A program made the position numbers and the translations under genes. Source: an uncultured Bacilli bacterium (GTDB lineage: Bacteria > Bacillota_I > Bacilli_A > RF39 > UBA660). From it: a stretch of 64,000 bases of DNA. The stretch spans positions 10,249 through 74,248 of the forward strand of contig CALVUP010000004.1 in NCBI GenBank assembly GCA_944363635.1, written 5' to 3'. The notes under the pieces were generated by a model. It was given only the letters and a program-made list of their open reading frames with translations. It had not been told where the DNA came from and ran no database searches. This document shows positions 21,417-31,066 of the stretch, in pieces. Positions within the stretch are counted from its first letter, which is position 1; each line of letters starts with the position of its first letter.

Positions 21417-22274
21417 TTATTTTTCCCCCTTTACATATAAAACCATAATCTCTTCAATCGTTGGTTTATCAATCACTTGTATATCATATTTCTTTTTAAA
21501 TTGTTTTTTATCTGCGATTAAAATCTCATAACCATAACGGTTTTTTCTATACTTAATATAATCTTGTTTCACAATCTTTTTAAAATCCTTCTCTAAACAT
21601 TTTACGATTCCATATTTATCCAATAAGTCGTCTCTTGTTTTGGTAAAAACAATTTCTCCTTGATGAATAAATGTAATATAATCTGCGATATGTTCTAAAT
21701 CAGAAGTAATATGACTAGATACAAAAATTGCATGTTCTTCGTTTTGAATAAAATCTTGAAAAATATCGAGAATTTCATTTCGAGCGATAGGATCCAAACC
21801 AGAGGTTGGTTCATCCAAAATCAATAATTTAGGATGATGAGAAAGTGCGACAGCAATTTTTAATTTCATTTTCATTCCACTGGAATATTCTTTTATTGGT
21901 TGTGTTTTTGGTAATTGAAACTTTTCTAAGTATTGAAAATATAAAGTTTGGTCCCAATTCTTATATATATGTTCCATTGTTTTATGAATATCGGTTGGTG
22001 TTAAATAAGGAGATAAAAAATGATCATCCAAAACAACGCCTATTTCTTCTTTACAGTTTTTTTCATTTTCTTGTAATGAATGGCCAAACAAACAAACCTC
22101 TCCTTGATCAATAGAAATTAAATTTAAAATCGCTTTAATGGTTGTGGTTTTACCCGCACCATTTTCGCCAATTAATCCTAAAATCATTCCTTTAGGTAGT
22201 TTAATATTACAATTTTTTAATTCAAAATTATTGTATTTCTTTTGTACACCCTTTATTTCTAAAATATTTTCCAT
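21417..22274 (-). CDS. ABC transporter ATP-binding protein (YtrB-like)
   Basis: GENGAGKT, YSSGM, LILDEPTSGLD. Confidence 0.93.
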   Translation of the reverse strand: MENILEIKGVQKKYNNFELKNCNIKLPKGMILGLIGENGAGKTTTIKAILNLISIDQGEVCLFGHSLQENEKNCKEEIGVVLDDHFLSPYLTPTDIHKTMEHIYKNWDQTLYFQYLEKFQLPKTQPIKEYSSGMKMKLKIAVALSHHPKLLILDEPTSGLDPIARNEILDIFQDFIQNEEHAIFVSSHITSDLEHIADYITFIHQGEIVFTKTRDDLLDKYGIVKCLEKDFKKIVKQDYIKYRKNRYGYEILIADKKQFKKKYDIQVIDKPTIEEIMVLYVKGEK

Positions 22275-22276
22275 TT

Positions 22277-22651
22277 TTATTCCTCCTCATACAATATATT
22301 TAATATATTTTGTAGTTCTTTCTTAGTTACCTGGCTTATTTTTGCTATAGAAACTGCCGTATCAAGTAATCCTTCTATTTTTTGGAGTTGCTCTTCACGA
22401 ATCAGTTCCCTATTTTTACCAGAGACATAGATGCCCTTACCTGGTATAGTTTCCACATATCCTTCCCTTTCCAACTCATCATAAGCATTTTTCGTCGTAA
22501 TAACACTAATTCGTAAATCTTTCGCTAATTTTCGAATCGAAGGAAGTTGTTCTTGATATTTGAGTTCATTGGTAATAATTTTATTTTTAATCTGTTCTTT
22601 TATTTGTTCATAAATGGGTATATTGCTCGAATTACTAATAATAATATCCAT
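22277..22651 (-). CDS. GntR family regulator (YtrA subfamily)
   Basis: PIYEQI...LPSIRKLAKDLRISVITTKNAY..LE..G. Confidence 0.94.
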   Translation of the reverse strand: MDIIISNSSNIPIYEQIKEQIKNKIITNELKYQEQLPSIRKLAKDLRISVITTKNAYDELEREGYVETIPGKGIYVSGKNRELIREEQLQKIEGLLDTAVSIAKISQVTKKELQNILNILYEEE

Positions 22652-22666
22652 ACTTTCCTCCTAACC

Positions 22667-22705
22667 GTTTATATACAGTATATACAGTTTACAATTCTTT
22701 GTCAA
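22667..22705 (-). promoter_or_regulatory. Promoter and likely YtrA-type GntR operator
   Basis: TTGACA at 22705-22700, then tandem CTGTATATA repeats (22670-22687) over the -10 region. Confidence 0.65.
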
Positions 22706-22777
22706 TAAAAAAGAAAAGATTTCTCTTTTCTGAGTTCTTTGTGTTAAAATAAAAGTAGATGATAAGGATGGGATAAT

Positions 22778-22978
22778 ATGAAATTTGGTATGAGAACGCC
22801 TAGTTTAAAAAAATCAATTAAAGCAAGAACAACAGGCAAATTAAAAAGGTCTATAAAAAAAGCAATTAATCCACTTTATGGAAAAAAAGGAATGGGTATG
22901 ATTAAAAATCCTAAGAAAGCCATTTACAATAAAGTTTACAAAAAAACAACTTTTAGTTTTTTTGATTTGTTTAAATAA
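22778..22978 (+). CDS. Small, very basic conserved hypothetical protein of a type often seen in Firmicute prophages
   Basis: MKFGMRTPSLKKSIKARTTGKLKR...PLYGKKGMG..KNPKKA.YNKVY..TT recognised from memory; RBS present. Confidence 0.75.
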   Translation: MKFGMRTPSLKKSIKARTTGKLKRSIKKAINPLYGKKGMGMIKNPKKAIYNKVYKKTTFSFFDLFK

Positions 22979-23006
22979 AAAAATTCGTGTTCGCGCACGA
23001 ATTTTA
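22977..23006. terminator. Bidirectional terminator between the basic protein and tRNA-Glu
   Basis: AAAATTCGTG-ttcgcg-CACGAATTTT hairpin. Confidence 0.75.
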
Positions 23007-23015
23007 TTTTTATCT

Positions 23016-23092
23016 TGGTAGCCTGTACGGAATTCGAATCCGTGAATGTTGCCTTGAGAGGGCAATGTGTTAAGCCACTTCACCAACAGGCC
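23016..23092 (-). tRNA. tRNA-Glu (anticodon CTC)
   Basis: GGCCTGT/ACAGGCT acceptor stem, TTGCC-CTCTCAA-GGCAA anticodon arm, TTCGAAT T-loop, encoded CCA. Confidence 0.95.
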
Positions 23093-23151
23093 ATGTAAAG
23101 TTGTTTTTTACAACAACATTATTCTAGCATAAATATTTTTTTTATTCAATA

Positions 23152-23397
23152 TTATTTTATTGTTTTCTGATATGCATTTATTTTATCTTCTACATCTCTT
23201 TCTATAATATTTTTAAAATGATTTCATATAACAAAAATTTTTTGCTTAAATATTTCTAAATTATAAACTCTTTGATTCTGTTTATATATTGGAATGTTTT
23301 TCTCCTTCCAATAAAATTGTTAAAATATAATTCTCACAAATGTATTTTTCCTAAAAAAACTAGTAGCGTGAATATAATATTAATCTAAATTCATCAT
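23152..23397 (-). pseudogene. Decayed fourth copy of the HATGG paralog family
   Basis: Reads MMNLD*YYIHATS..., then in another frame ENYILTILLEGEK, then NLEIFKQKIFVI*...DVEDKINAYQK; matches the N- and C-termini of the neighbours with the middle deleted. Confidence 0.8.
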
Positions 23398-23408
23398 AAA
23401 ATTATCTC

Positions 23409-23972
23409 TTATATTCCCTTTTGGTATATTTTTATTTGAGCATTTACCTCTTTTGGGGTAATATCTTTTCCAGTAAAAATATCTTTTGTTTTTATAGTTT
23501 TAAATTCATGAGCAAGGATAACAAGATGATCTCTAAAAAGTTCTAGATTTTTTATTTTGTCTTCATCTGTCATCATGATATCATCATACTTTTTTGGCCA
23601 TAGTGGAAAAGTGATAAATTGTAATTTATCTAGTGATAAATCACCATCATATAAAACTTCATCGTATTCGTCATTGGAATTTTTTGATGGCCCAATATAT
23701 TTTACAGGAAGATCACGAGAAAACACCAAAGATGGTGAATAAAGAACAAATTCATCGAAAGAACAAATATGATTGCCAACGGGAGTTTTTGATTTTTGTG
23801 GATCACATAGATAAGTATGATTTTTATATTTTGAACTGGTCTTATAGTTATTCGTAATTCCTGTACTCCTAATTTTTCCATCTACTAAAATTTTAAGAAG
23901 ATTGCAATGATCATTAAATTCACCCCAACATCCTCCTGTTGCGTGAATATAATAATTGTCTAGATTCATCAT
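23409..23972 (-). CDS. Hypothetical protein, tandem paralog 3 (putative ART-like fold)
   Basis: YYIHATGG..LLKILVDGKI..YLCD..SPSLVFSRDL..YDEV..LQFITFP shared with neighbours. Confidence 0.75.
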   Translation of the reverse strand: MMNLDNYYIHATGGCWGEFNDHCNLLKILVDGKIRSTGITNNYKTSSKYKNHTYLCDPQKSKTPVGNHICSFDEFVLYSPSLVFSRDLPVKYIGPSKNSNDEYDEVLYDGDLSLDKLQFITFPLWPKKYDDIMMTDEDKIKNLELFRDHLVILAHEFKTIKTKDIFTGKDITPKEVNAQIKIYQKGI

Positions 23973-23987
23973 ATTATTTTCTCCTTT

Positions 23988-24587
23988 CTACTTGCTTATC
24001 TTTTTAATTTGTTTTTCTAATTGCTCGGTTGTTAATGTTTTTCCTGTAAAAATATCTTTAATTGGTACTTCTTTAAACTCCTGTTCTAACACTCGAATAT
24101 TTTCTTTAAAAATTTCTAAGTTTTGAATTTTATTTTGATTCCAAAAGACAGGAAAAGTAATAAATTGTAAATGTTCCAGTGAAATATCTCCTTGGTGTCT
24201 TACTTCATCATATAAATTGGTAGTCCCTTTTATAGGTTCTGTTACTTCCATTAATTTTGGTTGATATACTTTTAAATCTCTAGATAAAACCAATGTTGGA
24301 GAATAAAGGGCATAAGTCAAAAACGAAGAAGTTAAATTTCCTATATGTGGATCTTCTTTTGTCATATCACATAGGCAAATATCATCATCGTGTTGTAATG
24401 CATATATATTACCTTTCCCTAAACTTTCATTGGTTTTAATCGTATGTGATTTTAAAATATCAACAATGGCATTTTCTTCATTTTCACAGCCAAATATGCC
24501 ACCTGTCGCATGTAAATAATATGATCCTAAATTTAATACTCTTATATTTCCTATAAGTGGAATGTTATACGTCTTGAATTTTTTCAT
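23988..24587 (-). CDS. Hypothetical protein, tandem paralog 2 (putative ART-like fold)
   Basis: YYLHATGG..ICLCD..SPTLVLSRDL..YDEVRH..LQFITFP. Confidence 0.75.
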   Translation of the reverse strand: MKKFKTYNIPLIGNIRVLNLGSYYLHATGGIFGCENEENAIVDILKSHTIKTNESLGKGNIYALQHDDDICLCDMTKEDPHIGNLTSSFLTYALYSPTLVLSRDLKVYQPKLMEVTEPIKGTTNLYDEVRHQGDISLEHLQFITFPVFWNQNKIQNLEIFKENIRVLEQEFKEVPIKDIFTGKTLTTEQLEKQIKKISK

Positions 24588-24590
24588 CTT

Positions 24591-25181
24591 CTACCCTCTT
24601 ACTTCTTTTTGATAAATTTTTATATGTTTCTCAATATCATCAACTGTAATCGTATTGCCTGTATAGATATCCTTGGTTTCTATTAATGAATATTGTGTTG
24701 AAATAACTTGCAAATTTTGTTTAAATATTTCTAAATAATGCAATTTTCTTGAATTAGTTAAATCAACCGTTAATCTATGAATAGGCCAAATAGGAAAACT
24801 AATAAATTCTAATTGTTCTAACGATAGTTCACCATTATATCTTACCTCATCATACATGTCCGATTCATTTTCATAAAAAGTATACAGCTTATAATCCGGT
24901 GTTTCTACTTGTAGATCTCTACTAAAAGCCAAAGATGGGGAGCATAAGACAAATCCTTTAAAAGCGGATAAAAGTTCAACGTGATATATAGGATCATATA
25001 CAATAGGTTTTGTCGTATCACAAAGACATACTTTATGGATTGGACTTTTATAATAATTCTTATTTTCTTCTTCCCCTTTTACTTTTCCTTCTAATAAAAT
25101 GTTCAAGATCTTATTTTCATCATTTTTTGTTCCTTTATATCCGCCCGTTGCGTGTAAATAATATTTATCTAGATTCATCAT
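24591..25181 (-). CDS. Hypothetical protein, tandem paralog 1 (putative ART-like fold)
   Basis: YYLHATGG..VCLCD..SPSLAFSRDL..YDEVRY..LEFISFP; TGGTATAAT promoter upstream. Confidence 0.75.
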   Translation of the reverse strand: MMNLDKYYLHATGGYKGTKNDENKILNILLEGKVKGEEENKNYYKSPIHKVCLCDTTKPIVYDPIYHVELLSAFKGFVLCSPSLAFSRDLQVETPDYKLYTFYENESDMYDEVRYNGELSLEQLEFISFPIWPIHRLTVDLTNSRKLHYLEIFKQNLQVISTQYSLIETKDIYTGNTITVDDIEKHIKIYQKEVRG

Positions 25182-25239
25182 GAAACCATTCCCTTTTAAT
25201 GCGATATATTATACCATTTTTCTATAAAAAAGTAAAGAA

Positions 25240-26895
25240 TTAGCTTTCGAACAAACTAATTCTTTTTTCTATTCTTTCTTTTCCTAATAATTTCATTATT
25301 TCATATAAATCCGGAGTCATGGATCTTGTTGTGATTACAACACGAAGAACGGTAGATACATCCGCAACATTTCCTTTAAAACGATCGGGATTTTCTTTGT
25401 ATTCTTTCATATTAGAGGCGTAGCCTAATGCATCACATAATTCTTTTATTTTATTAAACCATGTATCCTTATCATCATTTTCATTAAAATACTTATCCAT
25501 ATATATCGTACAAATTTTCTTTATTTCTTCTTTATCCGTTATTTTTTGAAAATCATATTTTTTGTTTTCCTTTTCAAAAAGTTCATCATACATATACCAA
25601 ACTTGATTTTTAATATCGGAATAATTGACATAATCTTTTCTTGGTTTCTTTTGTTCTCTTTCAATATTAAATACTTGAGTCGAATACTCTTTATATTTTT
25701 CTAATAGTTCTTTAAATTCTAAATCATATTCTTTTGTCCATGTATATAATTCTTGATATACTTCTTCTGCTTTCATTTTACTAATTACATTTCTAGAGAT
25801 ATTATCTAGCTTTTCTAAATCGAAGAAAGCTCCCGATGAGGACATCTTTTTTGGAGAATATTGAAAGTCTGTAAAGTTTTTTTCTGGGTTTGCGGTGTGC
25901 CACTGTTCATAATTGGAATTAATAATGGTCATTAAAGCCTCTATAACTGCTTTTTTAGGATATCCTTTATCTTTATAATAGGTCATAGTGGCTTCTGGGT
26001 CTTTTCTTTTACTTATTTTTCTTACACTATTTCCTTCTTTTTTAACGAGCAATGGCGTATGTACATATTTTGGAGCTTTAAAATTAAAAGCTTTAAATAA
26101 CTCTAAATGTTTTGGTAAAGAAGATAACCATTCTTCTCCTCTTACAACATGGGTAGTTTTCATTAAATAATCATCTATAACATGCGCAAAGTGGTAAGTA
26201 GGTAATTTGTTATCTGATTTCATGATAACAAAATCTTCATCATTTTCAGGTAATTCTAATCTTCCTTTTACTAAATCGTCGTATTTAAATTTTCTTTCGA
26301 AATTACCAAGGGATTTAAAACGAATGACATATTCCTCCCCGTTTTTAATTCTTTCGATTTGTTCTTCTAAAGATAATTTTCTACAATGAGACCAAATTCC
26401 ATAATATCCTGTTCGAAACTTTCTTTCTTCTTGTTGTTTTCTTTTTTGTTCTAAATCCTCTTTTGTACAAAAACAAGGATAAGCTCTTCCGATTTCAATT
26501 AAATATTTAATAAAAGTATGATAGATTTCTTTTCTTTCACTTTGTACATAAGGTCCATAATTTCCTATAATTTTTCCATTTTCTTCATACTCACTTGGCA
26601 TAATATCATAATATCTTAAGGTATCTATAATTAACTGAGAAGCGTTTTGTACTTCTCTTTGTTGATCAGTATCCTCATTCCTTAAATAAAAAATGCCATC
26701 AGAATTTTTCGCAAGCATATAATCAATAATAGCCTGAAAAAAGCCACCTAAATGAATAAATCCGGTAGGTGAAGGAGCAAAACGAGTTACTTTTTGTCCT
26801 TCTTTTAATTCTCTAGGCTTATAAATTTCATCATAATAACTAATATCCTGTTTAATATCTGGAAATATTAAATTTGCTAAATCTTTATTTGTCAT
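25240..26895 (-). CDS. gltX: Glutamate--tRNA ligase
   Basis: TRFAPSPTGFIHLGG, PTYHFAHVIDD, HVVRGEEW, KISKR. Confidence 0.96.
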   Translation of the reverse strand: MTNKDLANLIFPDIKQDISYYDEIYKPRELKEGQKVTRFAPSPTGFIHLGGFFQAIIDYMLAKNSDGIFYLRNEDTDQQREVQNASQLIIDTLRYYDIMPSEYEENGKIIGNYGPYVQSERKEIYHTFIKYLIEIGRAYPCFCTKEDLEQKRKQQEERKFRTGYYGIWSHCRKLSLEEQIERIKNGEEYVIRFKSLGNFERKFKYDDLVKGRLELPENDEDFVIMKSDNKLPTYHFAHVIDDYLMKTTHVVRGEEWLSSLPKHLELFKAFNFKAPKYVHTPLLVKKEGNSVRKISKRKDPEATMTYYKDKGYPKKAVIEALMTIINSNYEQWHTANPEKNFTDFQYSPKKMSSSGAFFDLEKLDNISRNVISKMKAEEVYQELYTWTKEYDLEFKELLEKYKEYSTQVFNIEREQKKPRKDYVNYSDIKNQVWYMYDELFEKENKKYDFQKITDKEEIKKICTIYMDKYFNENDDKDTWFNKIKELCDALGYASNMKEYKENPDRFKGNVADVSTVLRVVITTRSMTPDLYEIMKLLGKERIEKRISLFES

Positions 26896-26916
26896 AAAAT
26901 CACTCCTTTTTTCAAT

Positions 26917-27125
26917 AAAAAAAGATTCTATCCTAAGGACGAATCTTTCGTGGTACCACCTTAATTTATTACTTTTGTAACCTCAATATCTTAACGCGAT
27001 AAACGAAATACTTTTTACCAAGTATTTAACTCCAAAGTTTCTTCAAATCTTTTATTTATCTATTTCCACCAACCATAGACTCTCTATAAAATAAAACAAA
27101 TCTTACTCTTCTTCTTCCTCGTTTT
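26917..27125 (-). ncRNA. T-box riboswitch leader of gltX
   Basis: Minus strand: AGAGA...GGTGGAA stem I, GAA(Glu) specifier candidate, AAGGTGGTACCACG T-box, terminator hairpin plus U-tract. Confidence 0.9.
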
Positions 27126-27232
27126 ACACGATTGATTATACCATTATTATTTTATTTAATCAATCTTTTTCTATTATTTTGGTTTTAACACTTATTTTGT
27201 ATTATAGAAAAACTATTTTCAACAATTTCTGT

Positions 27233-28579
27233 TTATTTTTCTAATTCTATTACATATTTTTTAAATTCGTCGCCTCGATCTTCACACTGTCTATATTGAT
27301 CCCAAGAAGCAGACGCTGGGGATAAAAGAACAACATCTCCTGGTTTAGCAATTTCTGTACATTTTTGAAAACCATCTTTTAAATTTTCATACATATATGT
27401 TTCTATATTTAAATCGTCTCCAAATTGTTTTACCCTTTTTCTACACTCTCCAATTCCAATAATTGCCTTTACATGATTCATAAATGGTTTTAAATCATAG
27501 AAGTTTTGTCCTCGTTCTAGACCACCTAATATCAGAATGGTATCTGCATCAAAAGATTTTAATGCAATTTCTGTACATTTTACATTGGTTGCTTCCGTAT
27601 CATTAAAATAACGAACTTGATTTACTTCTCCCACATATTCAAGGCGATGAGCAACACCTGTAAATTTCATGATGACATCTCTTATGATTTCATTTGAAAT
27701 ATTTAATTCTTTAGCAACCATAATAGCTGCCATAGCATTTTCGATATTATGTGTTCCTACTATTTTCATATCTTTTACATTTATGATTTGTTCTTCTTTA
27801 TAATAAATTGCATGGTCTTTTAAATAAGCATATTCTGTTCTTTGTTTACTCGAAAAATATTTTTTTGTAGATAAAATGTCTTTTGTTTCTTCTAATACAT
27901 CTTTGTTTTCTAAATTTAATATAGCTATATCTTTGTTGGTTTGATTTTTAAATAATTTGGCTTTTACTTTTTTATAATTTTCATAAGTTTCGAAGAAATC
28001 GATATGGGCCTCATATAGATTGGTCATAACAGCAATATCGGGTCTAAAAGTAATTAAATTTTCAAGTTGCTGACAAGATACTTCCATAACTAAAATATCA
28101 TTTTCTTGGATTTGATCTAAAATACTACATAATGGATAGCCAATATTCCCTGCAAGGTGGGCACTTGGATATGCTTTTTTAACAATGGCATAGGTCAAAG
28201 ATGTAGTCGTTGTTTTTCCATTGGTTCCAGTAATCGCTACAATTTTAACATTCTTTGGTAAAAGTCTATAAGCCACTTCAACTTCATTTATAACTTCTAT
28301 ATTCTGTTCTTTCGCTTTTAATACATAAGGATGTTTTACTGGTACACCTGGACTTTTAATTAAATAATCATAACTGGAATCTAAAACTTCTAAATCTTGA
28401 TCTCCTAAATGAAATTCTACACCAAGTTCTTTTAATTCTTGGTATTTTTTTTGATCAACTTGTTCTTTTTCTTTAGAATCAACAATTAATACTTGATTAT
28501 CTCTTTTGATTAATACTTTTGCGGCATCATATCCACTTCTTGCAAATCCAAGAATCAAAATTTTTTTATTTTCAAACAT
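27233..28579 (-). CDS. murD: UDP-N-acetylmuramoyl-L-alanine--D-glutamate ligase
   Basis: KSPGVP, ITGTNGKTTT, HRLE, LSPASASWDQY...RG. Confidence 0.96.
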   Translation of the reverse strand: MFENKKILILGFARSGYDAAKVLIKRDNQVLIVDSKEKEQVDQKKYQELKELGVEFHLGDQDLEVLDSSYDYLIKSPGVPVKHPYVLKAKEQNIEVINEVEVAYRLLPKNVKIVAITGTNGKTTTTSLTYAIVKKAYPSAHLAGNIGYPLCSILDQIQENDILVMEVSCQQLENLITFRPDIAVMTNLYEAHIDFFETYENYKKVKAKLFKNQTNKDIAILNLENKDVLEETKDILSTKKYFSSKQRTEYAYLKDHAIYYKEEQIINVKDMKIVGTHNIENAMAAIMVAKELNISNEIIRDVIMKFTGVAHRLEYVGEVNQVRYFNDTEATNVKCTEIALKSFDADTILILGGLERGQNFYDLKPFMNHVKAIIGIGECRKRVKQFGDDLNIETYMYENLKDGFQKCTEIAKPGDVVLLSPASASWDQYRQCEDRGDEFKKYVIELEK

Positions 28580-28628
28580 AGTAACACCTCTATAACATTA
28601 TACTATAGATTCCTCCCTTTTTTGCAAC

Positions 28629-29963
28629 TTATTTCGAAATTGTAACACCTTTATAATAATGTTTTATAATCTGTTGGTAGGTATTTCCTTTTTTGGCCAT
28701 TTCGTTTGCTCCATATTGACTCATGCCTACTCCATGTCCATACCCTCTTGTGGTAACTTTTAAATGATTTCCGTCCTTTTCTAAATCAAAATCAGCCGAG
28801 CGAAGTCCAAGTGTCATTCGAAAATCCACTCCGGTATACTCTTTATTTCCAACTTTGACTTTTTGAACGCGATTGGATTTGTTTCGACTTATAATTTCAA
28901 TAGTAGCGTTTGTATCACTCACTCCTAATTTTTTTAATACTTCTTGATAATTTAGAGTTACTGTTTTTAAATAAGAACTTACATTTTTATCCCAGGGGCT
29001 TTCTACGGTTTGTAAATAAGGAAAAGCATTTGTAAAAACATTTTCTGCATTTTCAGTATATCCATTACTTGTGGAAAAATATAAAGCCTCAATATATCCT
29101 CCATTATATTTTACTGTTAATCCTTTAGTAGCGTCTACGGCACTTTTTATTTTATTGTAATAACTCGTATAGCTACTTCCCCACATTTGTTTTAATTGGT
29201 TATTATCTTTATAGCTTTGTGTACTTACAGTATCTGTTAATTTTTTGTTCGTTTGCACGGCTTTTAAAGCATACGTTCTTGCAAGAATCGCTTGGGCTTT
29301 TAAAGCTTCACTATTAAAAGAAGCTGGCATTTCAGCTCCCACCACACCAATTAAATATTCTTCTAATTCAATCTTTTCTACTTTTCCACTTGATCGGTAT
29401 AGGGTCACAATGGTTTGATTAGTTGGTTTTTGCGTACTGGTATTTGGTTTTTTATTTGTCGAAGGCTTTTGCGTATTTGTTGAAGGTTTTTTAGTAGTAG
29501 AGGATTGTTTGTTTTCAGAAGAACCACTTGCGGGTTTTTTGGTAGAAGAATTTTTATTACTTGAAGCATGTTCTTTCTTATTATTATTGGTTGTATCTTT
29601 AGAAGTGTTGCTATTGTTGTCTTCTTTCTTTATAGTTTCTTGTTCTTTTTCGGTTTCATATTCTATTCTTTCGGATGCTTGGATAATTGGTTCTAAAGTG
29701 GAAGAGGAAATATAAGTGTATTTAGGATGGGATTGATCAATCTTATTTGTAAGTAGAATAGTTGCAAGGGCTAAAGAAGCACTCATAATATAAATTTTTT
29801 GTCCATGAAATTGTATTTTTTTAATTATTCTATCTAATTCTTTTGTAAAGTTTTCTTTTTTTAAAAATTCACTTGAAAATTCATAATGACTATTTAAATA
29901 AAGATATAATACTTCTTTATTCTTTGTTTTTACAATTTTATATTTTTCAATCATTTTATTCAC
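28629..29963 (-). CDS. spoIID: SpoIID/LytB family lytic transglycosylase with N-terminal extension and low-complexity linker
   Basis: LEEYLIGVVGAEMPASF..EALKAQA..ARTY, YFSTSNG.TE, GYGHGVGMSQYGA. Confidence 0.88.
   Translation of the reverse strand: MNKMIEKYKIVKTKNKEVLYLYLNSHYEFSSEFLKKENFTKELDRIIKKIQFHGQKIYIMSASLALATILLTNKIDQSHPKYTYISSSTLEPIIQASERIEYETEKEQETIKKEDNNSNTSKDTTNNNKKEHASSNKNSSTKKPASGSSENKQSSTTKKPSTNTQKPSTNKKPNTSTQKPTNQTIVTLYRSSGKVEKIELEEYLIGVVGAEMPASFNSEALKAQAILARTYALKAVQTNKKLTDTVSTQSYKDNNQLKQMWGSSYTSYYNKIKSAVDATKGLTVKYNGGYIEALYFSTSNGYTENAENVFTNAFPYLQTVESPWDKNVSSYLKTVTLNYQEVLKKLGVSDTNATIEIISRNKSNRVQKVKVGNKEYTGVDFRMTLGLRSADFDLEKDGNHLKVTTRGYGHGVGMSQYGANEMAKKGNTYQQIIKHYYKGVTISK
29420..29545 (-). 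repeat. Imperfect KKP/QKPST coding repeats in the SpoIID linker
   Basis: STKKPAS...STTKKPSTNTQKPSTNKKPNTSTQKPTN. Confidence 0.7.
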
Positions 29964-29999
29964 CCTTATTAGTTTTCTCTAAGAATGAAAATATATAAT

Positions 30000-30032
30000 A
30001 AAAAAGATAAATCAAATTTGATTTATCTTTTG
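30000..30032 (-). terminator. Intrinsic terminator overlapping the orphan stop codon
   Basis: AAAAGATAAATCAAA/TTTGATTTATCTTTT palindrome. Confidence 0.65.
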
Positions 30033-31066
30033 TTTTTAAATTCTTCGGCTGTAGTTTTAGCTAAAATTAATTTCTTTTTATGGTCTGGACTTTTATATTC
30101 ATCAAATAATACTTCATCAAATACATTTTTATAAAAATCCATAGATTTATGACAAAAACGTGTTGTATTGGCAAGAGAATGGAACACATCAGCAGGATAT
30201 TGTAAATATTCAACTACTTTTTGTTGAAACTCTTCATCGGTTACTTCTTCATCTGATTGAAAATAGGCAGCTTTTGTATATCCATAGCTTGAATTTGGTT
30301 CCATAATTAAAGCATATATCCTTTTATTTTCTTTTTGATCGATGCGATATAAACAAGCAAAATAAGAAGAATTATTGCCATTTAAGCCTTGTGCTTGGAC
30401 AGCTTTTTCTGGTCCTAAATCCATCATGATTTGATGTCTTTCATAAAGTGGAAGGTCTTCGTGTTTACATTCGGAGACAGTTGAAGAGATGTTTGCTCTT
30501 CTTGTTGTTTCTGAAACTTCTGGATCAATAAAATAAACAGATTGAACTCGGCTCATCCATTGATCATGTTCTTCTTTTTGCTTTGCTTCCTTTTCACTTT
30601 GCCATTTTTTTCTTGCTGTTGTAGCAAGTACTTTAAAATCTTCTTTTACAATGTGAGAAACACATGGTGCTTCCTGAAAATTATCTTTTAAAAGACTACC
30701 TAGTCCATATTTTTCTTTTAGCATTTGATATGTGTTATAATGCATAGCCATCATTTCTTTTTCAAAATCCGTCTCTGTAATATATATTGCTTTTTTAGGA
30801 TTCATTACATAATCATTTGCAATAACGACTCGAATATTCTGATAAGATTCTAACTCAATATACATCGTACCTCTTTCATCAACTTTTATGAATCCTTTTT
30901 TTCTTAAAATCGAAACATCTGGCTCCATTTTACTCGCAATAATTTGTTCAGCAGCAAGTGTAAACATTTTATTCACACTATTTAATTCAAATGGTACTTT
31001 CTTTAAACCGATTTCATGTTTTTTAAAATAATTTTCTAAATATGTTAAAAATCCCTCTCTAGCCAT
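30023..31066 (-). CDS. Hypothetical orphan protein
   Basis: Long ORF; start moved to MAREGF after AGGGGG RBS and TGGTATAAT promoter. Confidence 0.75.
   Translation of the reverse strand: MAREGFLTYLENYFKKHEIGLKKVPFELNSVNKMFTLAAEQIIASKMEPDVSILRKKGFIKVDERGTMYIELESYQNIRVVIANDYVMNPKKAIYITETDFEKEMMAMHYNTYQMLKEKYGLGSLLKDNFQEAPCVSHIVKEDFKVLATTARKKWQSEKEAKQKEEHDQWMSRVQSVYFIDPEVSETTRRANISSTVSECKHEDLPLYERHQIMMDLGPEKAVQAQGLNGNNSSYFACLYRIDQKENKRIYALIMEPNSSYGYTKAAYFQSDEEVTDEEFQQKVVEYLQYPADVFHSLANTTRFCHKSMDFYKNVFDEVLFDEYKSPDHKKKLILAKTTAEEFKNKR

Noticed and set aside
22841-23086. 81-aa minus-strand ORF
   Set aside because: Overlaps tRNA-Glu and lies antisense to the basic protein; spurious
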